Positions 34,759-46,644 are shown, counted from the first letter of the whole stretch. The stretch is DNA of 63,671 nucleotides, filler included, from Octopus bimaculoides (GCF_001194135.2; 7 parts of 7 records of this genome joined end to end with filler, not necessarily neighbours in it), one strand, 5' to 3'. Program-made: numbers and translations. The notes: a model not told the origin generated them from the sequence alone.

Positions 34759-35109
34759 TAGGCCTGAAATTTTGGGGAAGGATAAAAGGCAAAGTCGACC
34801 TCGGCAGAATTTGAACTCAGAACATAAAAGCAGATGAAATACTGCTAAGCATTTTACCCAGCATGCTCATGTTTCTTATTTCTTTATTGCCCACAAGGGG
34901 CTAAACACAGAGGGGACAAACAAGGACAGACAAAGGGATTAAGTCAATTACGTCGACTCCAGTGCGTAACTGGTACTTATTTAATCGACCCCGAAAGGAT
35001 GAAAAGCAAAACCGACCTCGGCGGAATTTGAACTCAGAACGTAAAGACAGACGAAATACCACTAAGCATTTCGCCCGGCGTGCTAACCACTCTGCCAGCT
35101 CGCTGCCTT
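34759..35109 (-). mobile_element. SINE family B dimer
   Basis: Two units joined near 34873 by the same GTTTCTTATTTCTTTATTGCCCAC junction seen at 11407. Confidence 0.88.
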
Positions 35110-35411
35110 TGTGTGAACAATTCTGCCAACTCACTGCTTTCCAGTAAGACAAATGATATTAACATGTTTGATGAATCATTTAAGAATTGAAACATTTAAT
35201 TATTTGAAATTTTGCCAAAAGTTTGCAAATTCTCTTCTCATTTGCATTTTTGTCGTTACTATATAATGAGATAACAAACCCTAGAAAATCTTGTGTAAAT
35301 CTTAACGAAAATAATGAAAAATACTCATTGGAATATTTAGAATTTCACTGTCTGGAAAGTCACCTCCCATTGAAATAATTTAATCAGTGTTTGCTATGTA
35401 GCATGAGTGAA

Positions 35412-35645
35412 TATGTGTGGCTTAGTGGTTAGGGTGTTGCACTCATGATTGCAAGAACATGGTTTCAATTCCTGGACTGGGCATTGTATTGTGTCCTTGC
35501 GCAAAACACTTCATTTCCCATTTCTCCAGTCCACTCAGCAACCCCACAATGGACTGGTGTCCCATTCAGAGGGAATTTTGTGATCTTGGTCATTTATATA
35601 TGTACCATAGAAATCAGGTAAACCGGTTCCATTAGTCCTAGGAAT
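35412..35645 (+). mobile_element. SINE family C
   Basis: TGTGGCTTAGTGGTTAGGG A-box, GGTTTCAATTCC B-box, TCCTTGCGCAAAACACTT and ATGGACTGGTGTCCCATTCAGAGGG. Confidence 0.78.
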
Positions 35646-35664
35646 CAAAACAGTAATATCCAGG

Positions 35665-35791
35665 GTTGTTGTTGTTGTTGTTGGAGGTGGTGGTGGTGGT
35701 GCTGCTGCTGGTGGTGGTGGCGGTGGTGGTTAGTGGTGGTGGTGGTGGTTAGTGGTGGTTAGTGGTGGTGGTGGTGGTGGTTAGTGGTGGT
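35665..35791. repeat. (GTT)n/(GGT)n compound repeat running into a gap
   Basis: Direct inspection. Confidence 0.95.
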
Positions 35792-36836
35792 NNNNNNNNN
35801 NNNNNNNNNNNNNNNNNNNNNNNNNNNNNNNNNNNTTAATTAATTAANNNNNNNNNNNNNNNNNNNNNNNNNNNNNNNNNNNNNNNNNNNNATATATATA
35901 TACACACACACATACACTCACCCCCCATACGCACACGCGTGCACACACATATAGTGAGAGAGAGAGAGAGAGAGTTGTTTCGACATATTTTACACTCGTA
36001 GCTCATTGGTGAGATAATTTCCGAATGTACACCGTTATACATTTAATATACCTCTAATTCAATTACCCCTTATATTCGATACCTTACTTTCTTATACTTA
36101 TCCACCCGTAATGAAGAGAATAGCTCTTTATATTGCCTTAAAATACACTATGTACTTCTGCCCATATGATAATCTAATTTCGATATGGCTTCATTGTAGA
36201 ATATCTTTATCATGACCTTCTAAACAATAAGCTTATGATATAATTAATAACTTTTCTTATATATTAAAGTATCCCATTATTAGATTTTAAGTTTAATTTC
36301 TATATATTGATTTAAATTTTCTCAATTTTATGTTATAAATTTGTCAAGTTATAAATTACTAACTCTCGTATCCTTCAATTAAAATTTCCACCCCTAAAGT
36401 TTATATTACTCATCCCTTTTGATTTTTTATTATATTCCCCATTATTTGATAATCTAAATAAGTATTGGTCACCCCTATCCTTCTTTCTTCGAGTTGCCAC
36501 CCCTTCTCCATCAGACGTTTTCTTACTACCTATCTTGTAATCCACCTTTTCATGTAGATAAAGCTTGATATGTGGTTTCAGTGCATTGAGAGTCTAGTAG
36601 ATTGTCTGACATTAATTGATTTATCACCATTAACTAGAATACAGATGACAACTTCCAATGGCGTCATCTTGACTCCCACTGTTCCCTCAGCTACTTTCCA
36701 AATTATAGTACACTTAACAAGGTATGCCTTATTTTCTAAAGTTATTCTGCCACATTTATAGCAAAAGGAAACAGTGTAAATATTTTGGTTTCCATTATTG
36801 ATATAGATTTGTTTATAAAAGTTTTATCCTTTGTGT

Positions 36837-36967
36837 TTGAAGTCTATGCGTTCATCTGACGAGAACAGTTTTATTTAACTTGATGTAATGTTTTCATTTC
36901 ATTAATCAATTCAATGGAGCCGCTTGAAACGGCCGTAATGAATTGACACCTGTACATGTTTATTACT

Positions 36968-36970
<3 letters not shown>
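36837..36970 (+). ncRNA. Third copy of the type I hammerhead ribozyme motif
   Basis: TTGAAGTCTATGCGTTCAT-CTGACGA(36856-36862)-G...-GAAAC(36926-36930)-GGCC-GTA(36935-36937)-ATGAATTGACAC; homologous to both palindrome arms. Confidence 0.7.
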
Positions 36971-37066
<96 letters not shown>

Positions 37067-38362
37067 GATTATTTGCAATGGTGCATCACAACAGTGTTTT
37101 CATATTTTCAGCCAATAAACATGCTAAGAATTGTAGCCAAATAACCCTCGAGTTATATCAAAGTGTCTAAAAATACAAACAAAAGAAAAAAACGAGTAGA
37201 AATTTGTGACGCAACATGTATAAAAGGAAAACGGAATAGAAGAGATTAGAATACACTTGATCTTAGCTCTGTACATCCAATAACAATAACAGCAACAAAG
37301 GGAAGACAAAACCAGCAGTAGCAACAACAACAATAGCTGCAATAATATTTTCAGGAGTCAGAAGAACCCTAAAAAAAAAAGAAAAAGAACAAGAGAGATT
37401 CTGTTTTCATGTGTTTGATGAGTTGATTGTTTCATGTATTTAGAGTATTGAACTTCCTTCATTGATAAGTAATAGATTGTTATATAAATAGGGCTTCTTT
37501 CACTTATAATCATCTCCGTATCATCTCCGGGCATCCTTTTACTCCGCCGTCATATTGTATTATATTCTTGCTCTCACTAGACTATTTTACATTCTTATGA
37601 TTTTAGACTTTCTACCATCGAAAATAACAACCTGATATATATATACATATACATATACATATACATATATATATGTCTATGTGTGTGTCTGCGTGATATT
37701 TATCCGTAAATGTATTTATATGCGCGTGTGTGTGTGTGTGCATACACACGCATATATATTTATGTGTGTATATACACGTATATGCATATAATATGCATGC
37801 ACATTTGTATTTTTTTGTCTATGCACACACAACACACACACAAACATAAACACACAAACACGTGCACACATAAAAATACACAGGCACAAACACGTATATG
37901 TATATACATACGTCAGTGTGTCCGTATATGTATATATATGTATGTGTGTTTATAGTTACACACACACACACTCACACACACATAACTACATGAATGTGAG
38001 TGCACATCACCAAAGAAACTGAGCCAAGAAACAATAGAATGTATCAGATCTTTTTTCCAAATCAGGAATATAATTGAAGACAAAGAAAACAAAAAAGTAA
38101 ATGAAATGAATAAATAAAATGAAATAACAGCAAAAAAAGGGTATATAACAACATACACACACGCACAAATACACACACGTACAAATACACACACGTACAC
38201 ACGCTCACACAAACAAGCACACAAGTATAAACAAGCATGGTAAGTTTATCGCAGAGCTGTTAGAAGACCGTAGAAAGATTTCTTAAGATACATATTCGTC
38301 GAATACTCGGTCTACCAATGAATAGTAAGGCATAATTGAGAACCAACAAGATTTTCATTTTC

Positions 38363-39210
38363 CTTATTATTATTATTCAGTAGTTTTATTTTTATAACGT
38401 GCTTTCACTTCACTACCGAGCGCAGCTCTGTGCGCCTTGGGTATGCGCTGTGGTTTGCTGTGATGCTCTTATGGTTACTGTATTGAAAGTGTTTTGCGTA
38501 GGATGTGTGCAGTGCCCAGTAGTGCAATTTTCTGTATGTTATATATACTTGTAAGCCCTAGTGTTTTGTTATGTAATTGTCTGAATATTTTTTTATCATA
38601 CCTAAGGCACCTACTATGAAAGGAATTGCTTCTGCTTTTAGATTCCACATTCGAGTTACCTCTATTTCCAGGTCTTTGTATTTTGAAAGTTTCTCCATTT
38701 CTTTTAGGGAAATGTTGTCATCTGCTGGTATTGATACATCAATCAGAAAGCATTTTTTCCTTCATGATCTTTGACAACTATATCTGGTCTATTGGCCTTA
38801 ATTTCTCTATCTGTGTGTATTGGCATATCCCAAAGTATGGTTGCTTTCGGGTTTTCTGTGACCTTTTCTGGCGTGTGTTTATGCTATCTTTTTTCTGTTG
38901 TTATTCCATAGTGTTGGCATAGCTTCCAGTGTATATAGGTCCCAGTTTTGTCATGTCTGTGAATATATTCCTTCTTAGCCAGGACTGGGCAGCCAGAGAT
39001 AATATGATTTATTTTTCTTGTCCATCTCCACATATTCTGCAGTTACTTGTTGTTTCTTTTCATTATATGTTTTTGGTAATTTCTGGTGGGGAGGCTTTGG
39101 TCTTGTGCAGCAATTAAAAATCCTTCAGTCTCTGCTTTGAGTCCTGAGCTTCTCAACCATTGCTGGGATTTTTCTCTGTCTATTTCTTTTGCATTTAGTT
39201 TAGCCCAGTA
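38363..39210 (-). mobile_element. R4/Dong-like retrotransposon subfamily 1, 3' portion with (TAA)n tail
   Basis: Minus strand: CRICGDGQE..INHIISGC (zinc knuckle), RHDKTGTYIHW, NRPDIVVKDH..LIDVSIPADD..EKLSKYKDLE (PD-(D/E)xK), ILRKTLSIQ* and the same 3' UTR as 15465-15994. Truncated by a gap. Confidence 0.93.
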
Positions 39211-39310
39211 NNNNNNNNNNNNNNNNNNNNNNNNNNNNNNNNNNNNNNNNNNNNTTAATTAATTAANNNNNNNNNNNNNNNNNNNNNNNNNNNNNNNNNN
39301 NNNNNNNNNN

Positions 39311-39640
39311 AGCAATGCCATCGCGCTTCAGGACGAGTTACTGCAACAGTTTGGGTTTCAGGGGCCCACAGCTTTTTAATATTCTTCCAAAGAGCCTGTG
39401 GAACCTGCACAAAGTAGATGTAGGGGTTTTTAAATCAAAGCTGGACCTCTTCCTGTCGAGAGTCGCAGATGAACCTACCTCGCGGCAGGAGGTGCAAATG
39501 AGGGCTGCTAAATCAAATTCCATTCTTCACCAAGTGCCACAAATTGTAAGAGGCTCCCTGTAATAACAGTGTAGCAACACGGCGGTGCATCAGCATGGCC
39601 GCAGCTCTAAGCTGAAACTATAGTAAAAAAATAAAAATAA
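39311..39640 (+). mobile_element. 3' end of a CR1-group-like LINE
   Basis: ORF 39315-39563 (GPQLFNILPKSLWN..FKSKLDLFLSRVADEP..RAAKSNSILHQ) resembles a CR1-group ORF2 C-terminus. It is followed by a short UTR ending GGCGGTGCATCAGCATGGCCGCAG..CTGAAAC and an A-rich tail. Confidence 0.78.
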
Positions 39641-39650
39641 ATATATATGA

Positions 39651-39915
39651 TTAAATCCGAAGGCACTCCTGGCGATTACGTGTGTGGGTACCGTCTTTGT
39701 TAGAAGGTATACAGAGGCAGGTAATTTATCGTGTAAACTGCAGTGCCGGTGGCACGTAAAAGTACCCACTACACTCTCGGAGTGGTTGGCGTTAGGAAGG
39801 GCATCCAGCTGTAGAAACTCTGCCAGATCAGATTGTAGCCTGGTGTAGCCATGTGGTTCACCAGTCCTCAGTCAAATCGTCCAACCCATGCTAGCATGGA
39901 AAGCGGACGTTAAAC

Positions 39916-39948
<33 letters not shown>

Positions 39949-40028
39949 ATATATTACCTGCCTCTGGATACCTTCTAACAAAGACGGTACCCACACAAGT
40001 AATCTCCAGGAGCGCCTTCGGATTCAAT
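39651..40028. repeat. Inverted repeat of about 78 bp per arm, enclosing a family D element
   Basis: 39651-39730 is the reverse complement of 39950-40028 with about 6 mismatches. Confidence 0.92.
39735..39947 (+). mobile_element. Family D element with (GAT)n tail
   Basis: GGCGTTAGGAAGGGCATCCAGCTGTAGAAAC core and GGACGTTAAAC(GAT)n end. Confidence 0.9.
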
Positions 40029-40300
40029 TATCCCCTGGTTGCTTAAACACTTCAGCCNNNNNNNNNNNNNNNNNNNNNNNNNNNNNNNNNNNNNNNNNNN
40101 NNNNNNNNNNNNNNNNNNNNNNNNNNNNNNNNNNNNNNNNNNNNNNNNNNNNNNNNNNNNNNNNNNNNNNNNNNNNNNNNNNNNNNNNNNNNNNNNNNNN
40201 NNNNNNNNNNNNNNNNNNNNNNNNNNNNNNNNNNNNNNNNNNNNNNNNNNNNNNNNNNNNNNNNNNNNNNNNNNNNNNNNNNNNNNNNNNNNNNNNNNNN

Positions 40301-40337
<37 letters not shown>

Positions 40338-40389
40338 GAGGAGGGCTGTGTGTTGTGCATATCATGTGTATACATGTACACATATACCG

Positions 40390-40582
40390 CCAATTTGAGC
40401 ATGTCTTTACTATAGCTCCTGGATTACCAATACCTTGCGAATGAATTTGGTTTTTGGAAACTGTGAAGAAGCCAGTTGCATATGTATGTATATATGTACA
40501 TATGTATGTATTTATATATGTACGTATGTATGTATGTATGTATGTATGTATGTATGAATGTGTATATATGTATGTATATGTG

Positions 40583-40616
<34 letters not shown>

Positions 40617-40790
40617 TGTATGTATGGTATATATGTATGTAATGCAAGTATATATGTGTCTCCAGCCCGCCATTTCACAACCGTTGTTTGTTTGTTTGTT
40701 TGCGTCCCCATAACATAGAGGTTTGGCAAAGAGATTCAGAGAATCAGATGCAGATTGAAAAAGTTCGTAGTGGGGTCGATTTGGCCTTCA
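40390..40790 (+). mobile_element. SINE family A, diverged, with an expanded central microsatellite
   Basis: TTGAGCATGTCTTTACTATAGC..GGAAACTGTGAAGAAGCC, then (TATG)n, then CCCATAACATAGAGGTTTGGCAAAGAGA. Confidence 0.65.
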
Positions 40791-40909
40791 ACTACATATA
40801 ATTTACAGGACCCGTTTAACAATATTTTCAAATCTAGGAATACAATTAAATGCTCTGAGAAATATCTTAATATATATTTTACATTTAATGTTGTTTTCCT
40901 ATAGACGCA

Positions 40910-41290
40910 GTGGAGGCGCAATGGCCCAGTGGTTAGGGCAGCGGACTCGCGGTCTTAGGATCGCAGTTTCGATTTCCAGACCGGGCGTTGTAAGTGTTTA
41001 TTGAGCGAAAACACCTAAAAGTTCCACGATGCTCCGGCAGAGGATGGTGGCGAACCCTGCTGTACTCTTTCACCGCAACTTTCACTCACACGTTCTTCCT
41101 TTTTCTGTTGTACCTGTATTTCAAAGGGTCAGCCGTGTTACACTGTGTCACGCTGAATATCCTCGAGAACTACGTTAAGTGTACACGTGTCTGTGGAGTG
41201 CTCAGCCACTCGCACGATAATTTCACGAGCAGGCTGTTCCGTTCATCTGATCAACTGGAACCCTTGACGTCGTAAGCGACGGAGTGCCAA
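40910..41290 (+). mobile_element. SINE family E, full length, with a 12-bp TSD
   Basis: tRNA-like head GGAGGCGCAATGGCCCAGTGGTTAGGGCAGCGGACTCG..GTTTCGATTTCC. CCTATAGACGCA is duplicated at 40898-40909 and 41291-41302. Confidence 0.9.
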
Positions 41291-41296
41291 CCTATA

Positions 41297-41700
41297 GACG
41301 CAAACGTGGCTGTGTGGTAACAAGCTTGCTTCCCAACGATATGGTTCCAGGTCCAGTGCCGCTGTGTGAGATGTTTGGACAAATATTTTTTTGATATAGC
41401 CCCGGGCCGACCAAAGACTTCTGAGTGGATTTGTTTGACGGAAACTGAAAAATGCCGGTCGTATGTGTACGTGCGTGTTTGTGTTTGTGTTTTCCCTCAC
41501 TACCACTTGACAGCCGGTGTTGCTGTGTTTACGTCCCCATAATATAGTGGGTCGACATAAGAGACTGCCACAATAAGTTTCAGGCTTGACAAAACATAAG
41601 AACCAGTGTCGGTTCATTCGACTAGAAAATTTTTCAAAGCGGTGCTCCAGCATGGCCGTAGTCAAATGACTGCAACAAGTAAGAGATAAAAGATATAATT
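41297..41700 (+). mobile_element. SINE family A, full length
   Basis: GACGCAAACGTGGCTGTGTGGTAAC head through the CCAGCATGGCCGTAGTCAAATGACTG tail. Confidence 0.88.
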
Positions 41701-41827
41701 AGACGAAGATGACATTTAAAAAGAGTTTATCAGCGCCCAAAAAAACGATATTAATTTAAGAGCAACAAAACGTCAGACATGTGAGAGGGTAACTGACCTT
41801 CACGAGCTCTAAGATATTTAAAAAGAA

Positions 41828-41833
41828 ATAATG

Positions 41834-41903
<70 letters not shown>

Positions 41904-41915
41904 TAATAATAATAG
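41828..41915. repeat. (AAT)n microsatellite
   Basis: Direct inspection. Confidence 0.96.
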
Positions 41916-42288
41916 CATGTGAAAAAAGTGATATATATATTAGTTATGAAATTACCATTAAGTGGCTATTCGTGGGTTCAAATTCCATCTGCGTGTTATA
42001 AAGTTATTGAGAATCAGATGTGAAAGTTATTAAGGAGATTATGGTATGGGAGTGGGGTAAGGTTCTTTCTTTCTTTCTTTTGTCAGGAACAATTAGTGGG
42101 TGCAAAATTATAGAAGGAAATAGTAATTAATGTGAATAATTATTGAGGCGCACGCATGCAGAGTCAAGCACGAATATAGACAGGATCGTGTATATGAATA
42201 ATGACCAACCAACGAAAATACAGTAATAACAGTCATGCACTCAGCCACACACGGACATTTATAAATATGTATGTATGTGCAGTGTGTG

Positions 42289-42327
<39 letters not shown>

Positions 42328-42329
<2 letters not shown>

Positions 42330-42465
42330 GCAGGGCATTGCACTTATGATCATAAAATTGTGGTTTCGATTCTTGCACCGCGCATAACATTCTGATCTTG
42401 AGCAAAATACTTAATTTCGCGTTGCCCCAGTCCACTCAGCTGGCAAATGAATAACCCTGCGACAG
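42328..42465 (+). mobile_element. SINE family C fragment
   Basis: GGTTTCGATTC B-box, TCTTGAGCAAAATACTT and CCAGTCCACTCAGCTGGCAAATGAATAACCCTGCGA. Confidence 0.65.
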
Positions 42466-42511
42466 AGAAACACACACACAAACACACACACACACATACA
42501 CACACACATAT

Positions 42512-42556
<45 letters not shown>

Positions 42557-42619
42557 TAAAAAGAGGCAGACACGAAGAAGAAGGAATATATGGAGAAGAA
42601 AAGCGATACGAAATAACTC

Positions 42620-42950
42620 CTATAGAACTCACAGAAGCGTTGGACACCGTGAGCGGGAGTGGTCATTCTGGGATCATTTAAAGACTAGGGTACCCTTAGA
42701 CTTTAACATCTTACCATATGAAGGTCGCTGTGGTTAAATCAAACCTAACAACGAACCCTCAAGACCCTTTCCAATAGGAAACGGTATAAAGCAGGGTTGC
42801 ATTCTCAGGCATATTCTCTTAATCGTAAGGGCCACAGAAATATTCTATGAGAAACGTGGTATTTATATTCCATACCACACTAATCCCATACTAAATCTCT
42901 TGAACAATTCATCCGATGCCGCCCCTGTTGCAAACACAGAGCCAAACTTT
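42620..42950 (+). mobile_element. RTE-clade RT fragment
   Basis: Frameshifted (K)ALDTVS, HEG-like, PFPIGNGIKQGCIL and RGIYIPY motifs typical of RTE-1 reverse transcriptases. Confidence 0.7.
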
Positions 42951-42974
42951 TGATATATAACATCCCGCTTTTCA

Positions 42975-43212
42975 CAATCGCTACATCATGATTTCGATTC
43001 TCAGACTGGGCGGCGCGCTGTGTGCTCTTGAGCAAGACACTTCATTTCATGCTACTTCAGTTCCCATTTCCGATCAGGGGTGGTAGTCATGTTGGCCTGC
43101 TCACCTAGCCAGCGGGGGATGGGGTCGTTCGAAGGTTAAAACGACGTAAAGCGCAATGTAACCAGTGATGTGTAACAACATCTGGTAGGCTGGTCGGTCA
43201 TGTGATCACGTG
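42975..43212 (+). mobile_element. SINE, family C-related head with a different 3' half
   Basis: GATTTCGATTCTCAGACTGGGC..TCTTGAGCAAGACACTTCATTTC; ends at a (TCTA)n tail. Confidence 0.6.
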
Positions 43213-43262
<50 letters not shown>

Positions 43263-44588
43263 ATATATATATATATATATATAGATATATAGGGCAGGGA
43301 GAAGCAGGTTCCTGCTAATCCCTGTATATTTATGATTATATATATNNNNNNNNNNNNNNNNNNNNNNNNNNNNNNNNNNNNNNNNNNNNNNNNNNNNNNN
43401 NNNNNNNNNNNNNNNNNNNNNNNNNNNNNNNNNNNNNNNNNNNNNNNNNNNNNNNNNNNNNNNNNNNNNNNNNNNNNNNNNNNNNNNNNNNNNNNNNNNN
43501 NNNNNNNNNNNNNNNNNNNNNNNNNNATATGTGTGTGTATGTACGTATCTGTGTATGTATATATATATGTGTGTGTATGTGTGTATGCGTGTATGTGTGT
43601 GTCTGTCTGTATGAATATATCTATATATATACATATACATATATTTATATGTATATATATATGTGTGTGTATATATAAATATATATATATATATATTATA
43701 TATATGTTTATACGTATGTATGCATGTATGTATGTATATATATCTACATATAAATGTATGTATGTATATATATATATATATATATATATGCACATAACCA
43801 CATACATACATATAGCATGTATGTATAGAGTATGCTTCTATGTATTTTCAGCGTTAATACACACACACACACAAACTAGAGCTCCCAGGAAGGTAAAGTC
43901 AGTTAAAGAATACCAAGAGAAAATGGCGGAGAAATTCTTTCTGAATGTCAACGAGTTATTAAATGGCTAAAAGAAGCTTAATGTAAGAAAAATGACAAAA
44001 TCCCGTGATGTCGATTTAATTGTAAATTATTAAGGGTGCCCACCCGGATGTCAATGCCGTGATCTCTATGGCCTTTTTAAACCTACTTTCTGTCACCTCT
44101 CGTTCTCTCTCTCCCTCACTCTCACCTTCTCTTACTCTCTCTCTCTCTCTCTCTTTCTCTTCTTCTGTTTATTTCCCACTCTTAGCCCCTCTCTCTTTCC
44201 ACACACGTGCGTGTGTGTGTGTGTATTTATAAATGAACACAAAACCATACATACTCACTCACACATACACATACACACACACACATGCATGTGTGCATGT
44301 ACCTGTCTAAGAGTATAAAAGCTATGTGTATGTGTGTACATCTGTAATTTTTATATATGGACTGTTTAGTGTGTGTGTGTGTGTGTTTCTATACAAGGCA
44401 GAATTTTTAGAGTACGACGGGGTGAGTACGGGCGAAAGGAGACGATAGGTCGCAGCTGTTTCGACGCTGAAGATATGGCACAGCTGACTGGCTCTTTAAC
44501 CTGTTTTGACGACAGTAATTTTTGGCACACACGCGCGCAGAAATATATTCATGAAGATACAAGTGAGTGAAAGTGGGAGAGATATCTA

Positions 44589-45039
44589 TATTTCTTTATT
44601 GCCCGCAGGGGTCTAAACACACAGAGGACAAACAAGGACAGACAAAGGGATTAAGTCGATTACATCGACCCCAGTGCGAAACTGGTACTTATTTAATCGA
44701 TCACCGAAAGGATGAAAGGCTAAGTCGACCTCGGTGGAATTTGAACTCAGAGCGTAGCGCCGGGCGAAATACCGCTAAGAATTTCATCCAGCGTGCTAAC
44801 GATTCTTATTTCTTTACTGCCCACACGGGGCTAAACATTGAAGGGACAAAGAAGGACAGAGAAAGGGATTAAGTCGATTAGACCGACCCCAGTGCGTAAC
44901 TGGTACTTAATTTATCGACCCCGAAAGAATGAAAGGCAAAGTCGACCTCGGCGGAAATTGAACTCAGAACCTAACAGCAGACGAAATACCGCGAAGCATT
45001 TCACCCGGCGAGCTAACGATTCTGCCAGCTCGCCGCCTT
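44589..45039 (-). mobile_element. SINE family B dimer
   Basis: Two units joined near 44803 (GCTAACGATTCTTATTTCTTTACTGCCCAC); only the right-hand unit has the full head. Confidence 0.9.
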
Positions 45040-45759
45040 AGAATAAGCAAAATAATAAACAAATTTCTAAATACATAAATAAATAAATAAATAAATAAAT
45101 AAAAGAAGCAAAGAAATTAGTATTTTTTTTTTAAATATACCTAAAAAAATAATATTATCCAAAGCATATGAAACACTTGATAATAATTATTTTTTCACGC
45201 TATTATATTTTTTAAAAAATGTGAGAAAAAAAACATGAGCATAATATTGGTGTGACATGAATTCCGAACCTCGGGGGTGGAGCAGTAGTTATTTATTTAT
45301 TTATTCATTTATTTACTTCTTTGTTTGTTTGTTTGCTTGTTTATTTATTGCCTTTTATCAAGGTCTTGTATAATTCAAGTCTCCCTCGTCTCTGTTAAAT
45401 TTATCAAAAAACATTATCTTTTTGACTTCAGAACTTCAATGGCGAACGTCGAATTCAAACGAAGTCGACAGGCCGCGGCGACACGTGCGAAGCCGGGAAA
45501 ATGTCCATATATATCTCTTGAGGAAGGAAGGAACAGCGTTGCATTGCATAACGTTTGCGAACGCTCGCAGCTAGAATAATTCATCTAATTCCTGTTCATT
45601 TATGTATTGCGTATGTATATGTGAATGTATGTATATTCATATGTATACATATGTATGTGTGTAAGTATATTAAAAAACATACCTACAAACTTGTACACAC
45701 ACAAATACGCACATACATACATACATACGTATATACATACGTACATACGTACATACATA

Positions 45760-45924
45760 GGCGTCAGAGTGGCTATGTGGTACGTAGTTTACTTCCCAAC
45801 CACAAGGTTCTGGATTCAGTCCCACTGCGTGCCACCTTGGGCAAGTGTACTCTACTATAGCCTGAGGCCGACCGAAGCCTTGTGAGTGGATTTGGAAGAC
45901 GGAAACTGAAAGAAGCCTGTCGTA

Positions 45925-45925
<1 letters not shown>
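45760..45925 (+). mobile_element. SINE family A, 5' half
   Basis: Head through GAAAGAAGCCTGTCG, then a microsatellite and gap. Confidence 0.88.
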
Positions 45926-45975
<50 letters not shown>

Positions 45976-46644
45976 CTTTTNNNNNNNNNNNNNNNNNNNN
46001 NNNNNNNNNNNNNNNNNNNNNNNNNNNNNNNNNNNNNNNNNNNNNNNNNNNNNNNNNNNNNNNNNNNNNNNNNNNNNNNNNNNNNNNNNNNNNNNNNNNN
46101 NNNNNNNNNNNNNNNNNNNNNNNNNNNNNNNNNNNNNNNNNNNNNNNNNNNNNNNNNNNNNNNNNNNNNNNNNNNNNNNNNNNNNNNNNNNNNNNNNNNN
46201 NNNNNNNNNNNNNNNNNNNNNNNNNNNNNNNNNNNNNNNNNNNNNNNNNNNNNNNNNNNNNNNNNNNNNNNNNNNNNNNNNNNNNNNNNNNNNNNNNNNN
46301 NNNNNNNNNNNNNNNNNNNNNNNNNNNNNNNNNNNNNNNNNNNNNNNNNNNNNNNNNNNNNNNNNNNNNNNNNNNNNNNNNNNNNNNNNNNNNNNNNNNN
46401 NNNNNNNNNNNNNNNNNNNNNNNNNNNNNNNNNNNNNNNNNNNNNNNTATATGATTACGCGATCGTCAGTGTAAATCTTTTTCTGTGTTATTTTATATCA
46501 GCATTCATTTTATATTACAGAGGGGGGAGTGGGAAGAGGCGTTTTTTATTGTTAGGTCTTTGTTTCGGCTGTATTTTGTTGTAATATTTGTTGTTGTTGC
46601 AGTTTTGGCACCCTCACATTGCTTTGGTAGAAAGCGTTCAATAA

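Noticed and set aside
36040-36836. Penelope RT/GIY-YIG ORF upstream of the third hammerhead
   Set aside because: Manual translation on both strands gave no convincing motif; a profile search is needed.
40910-40990. tRNA genes at SINE heads (also 10454, 35412, 47850)
   Set aside because: A and B boxes are present, but there is no complete cloverleaf and each continues into a SINE body.
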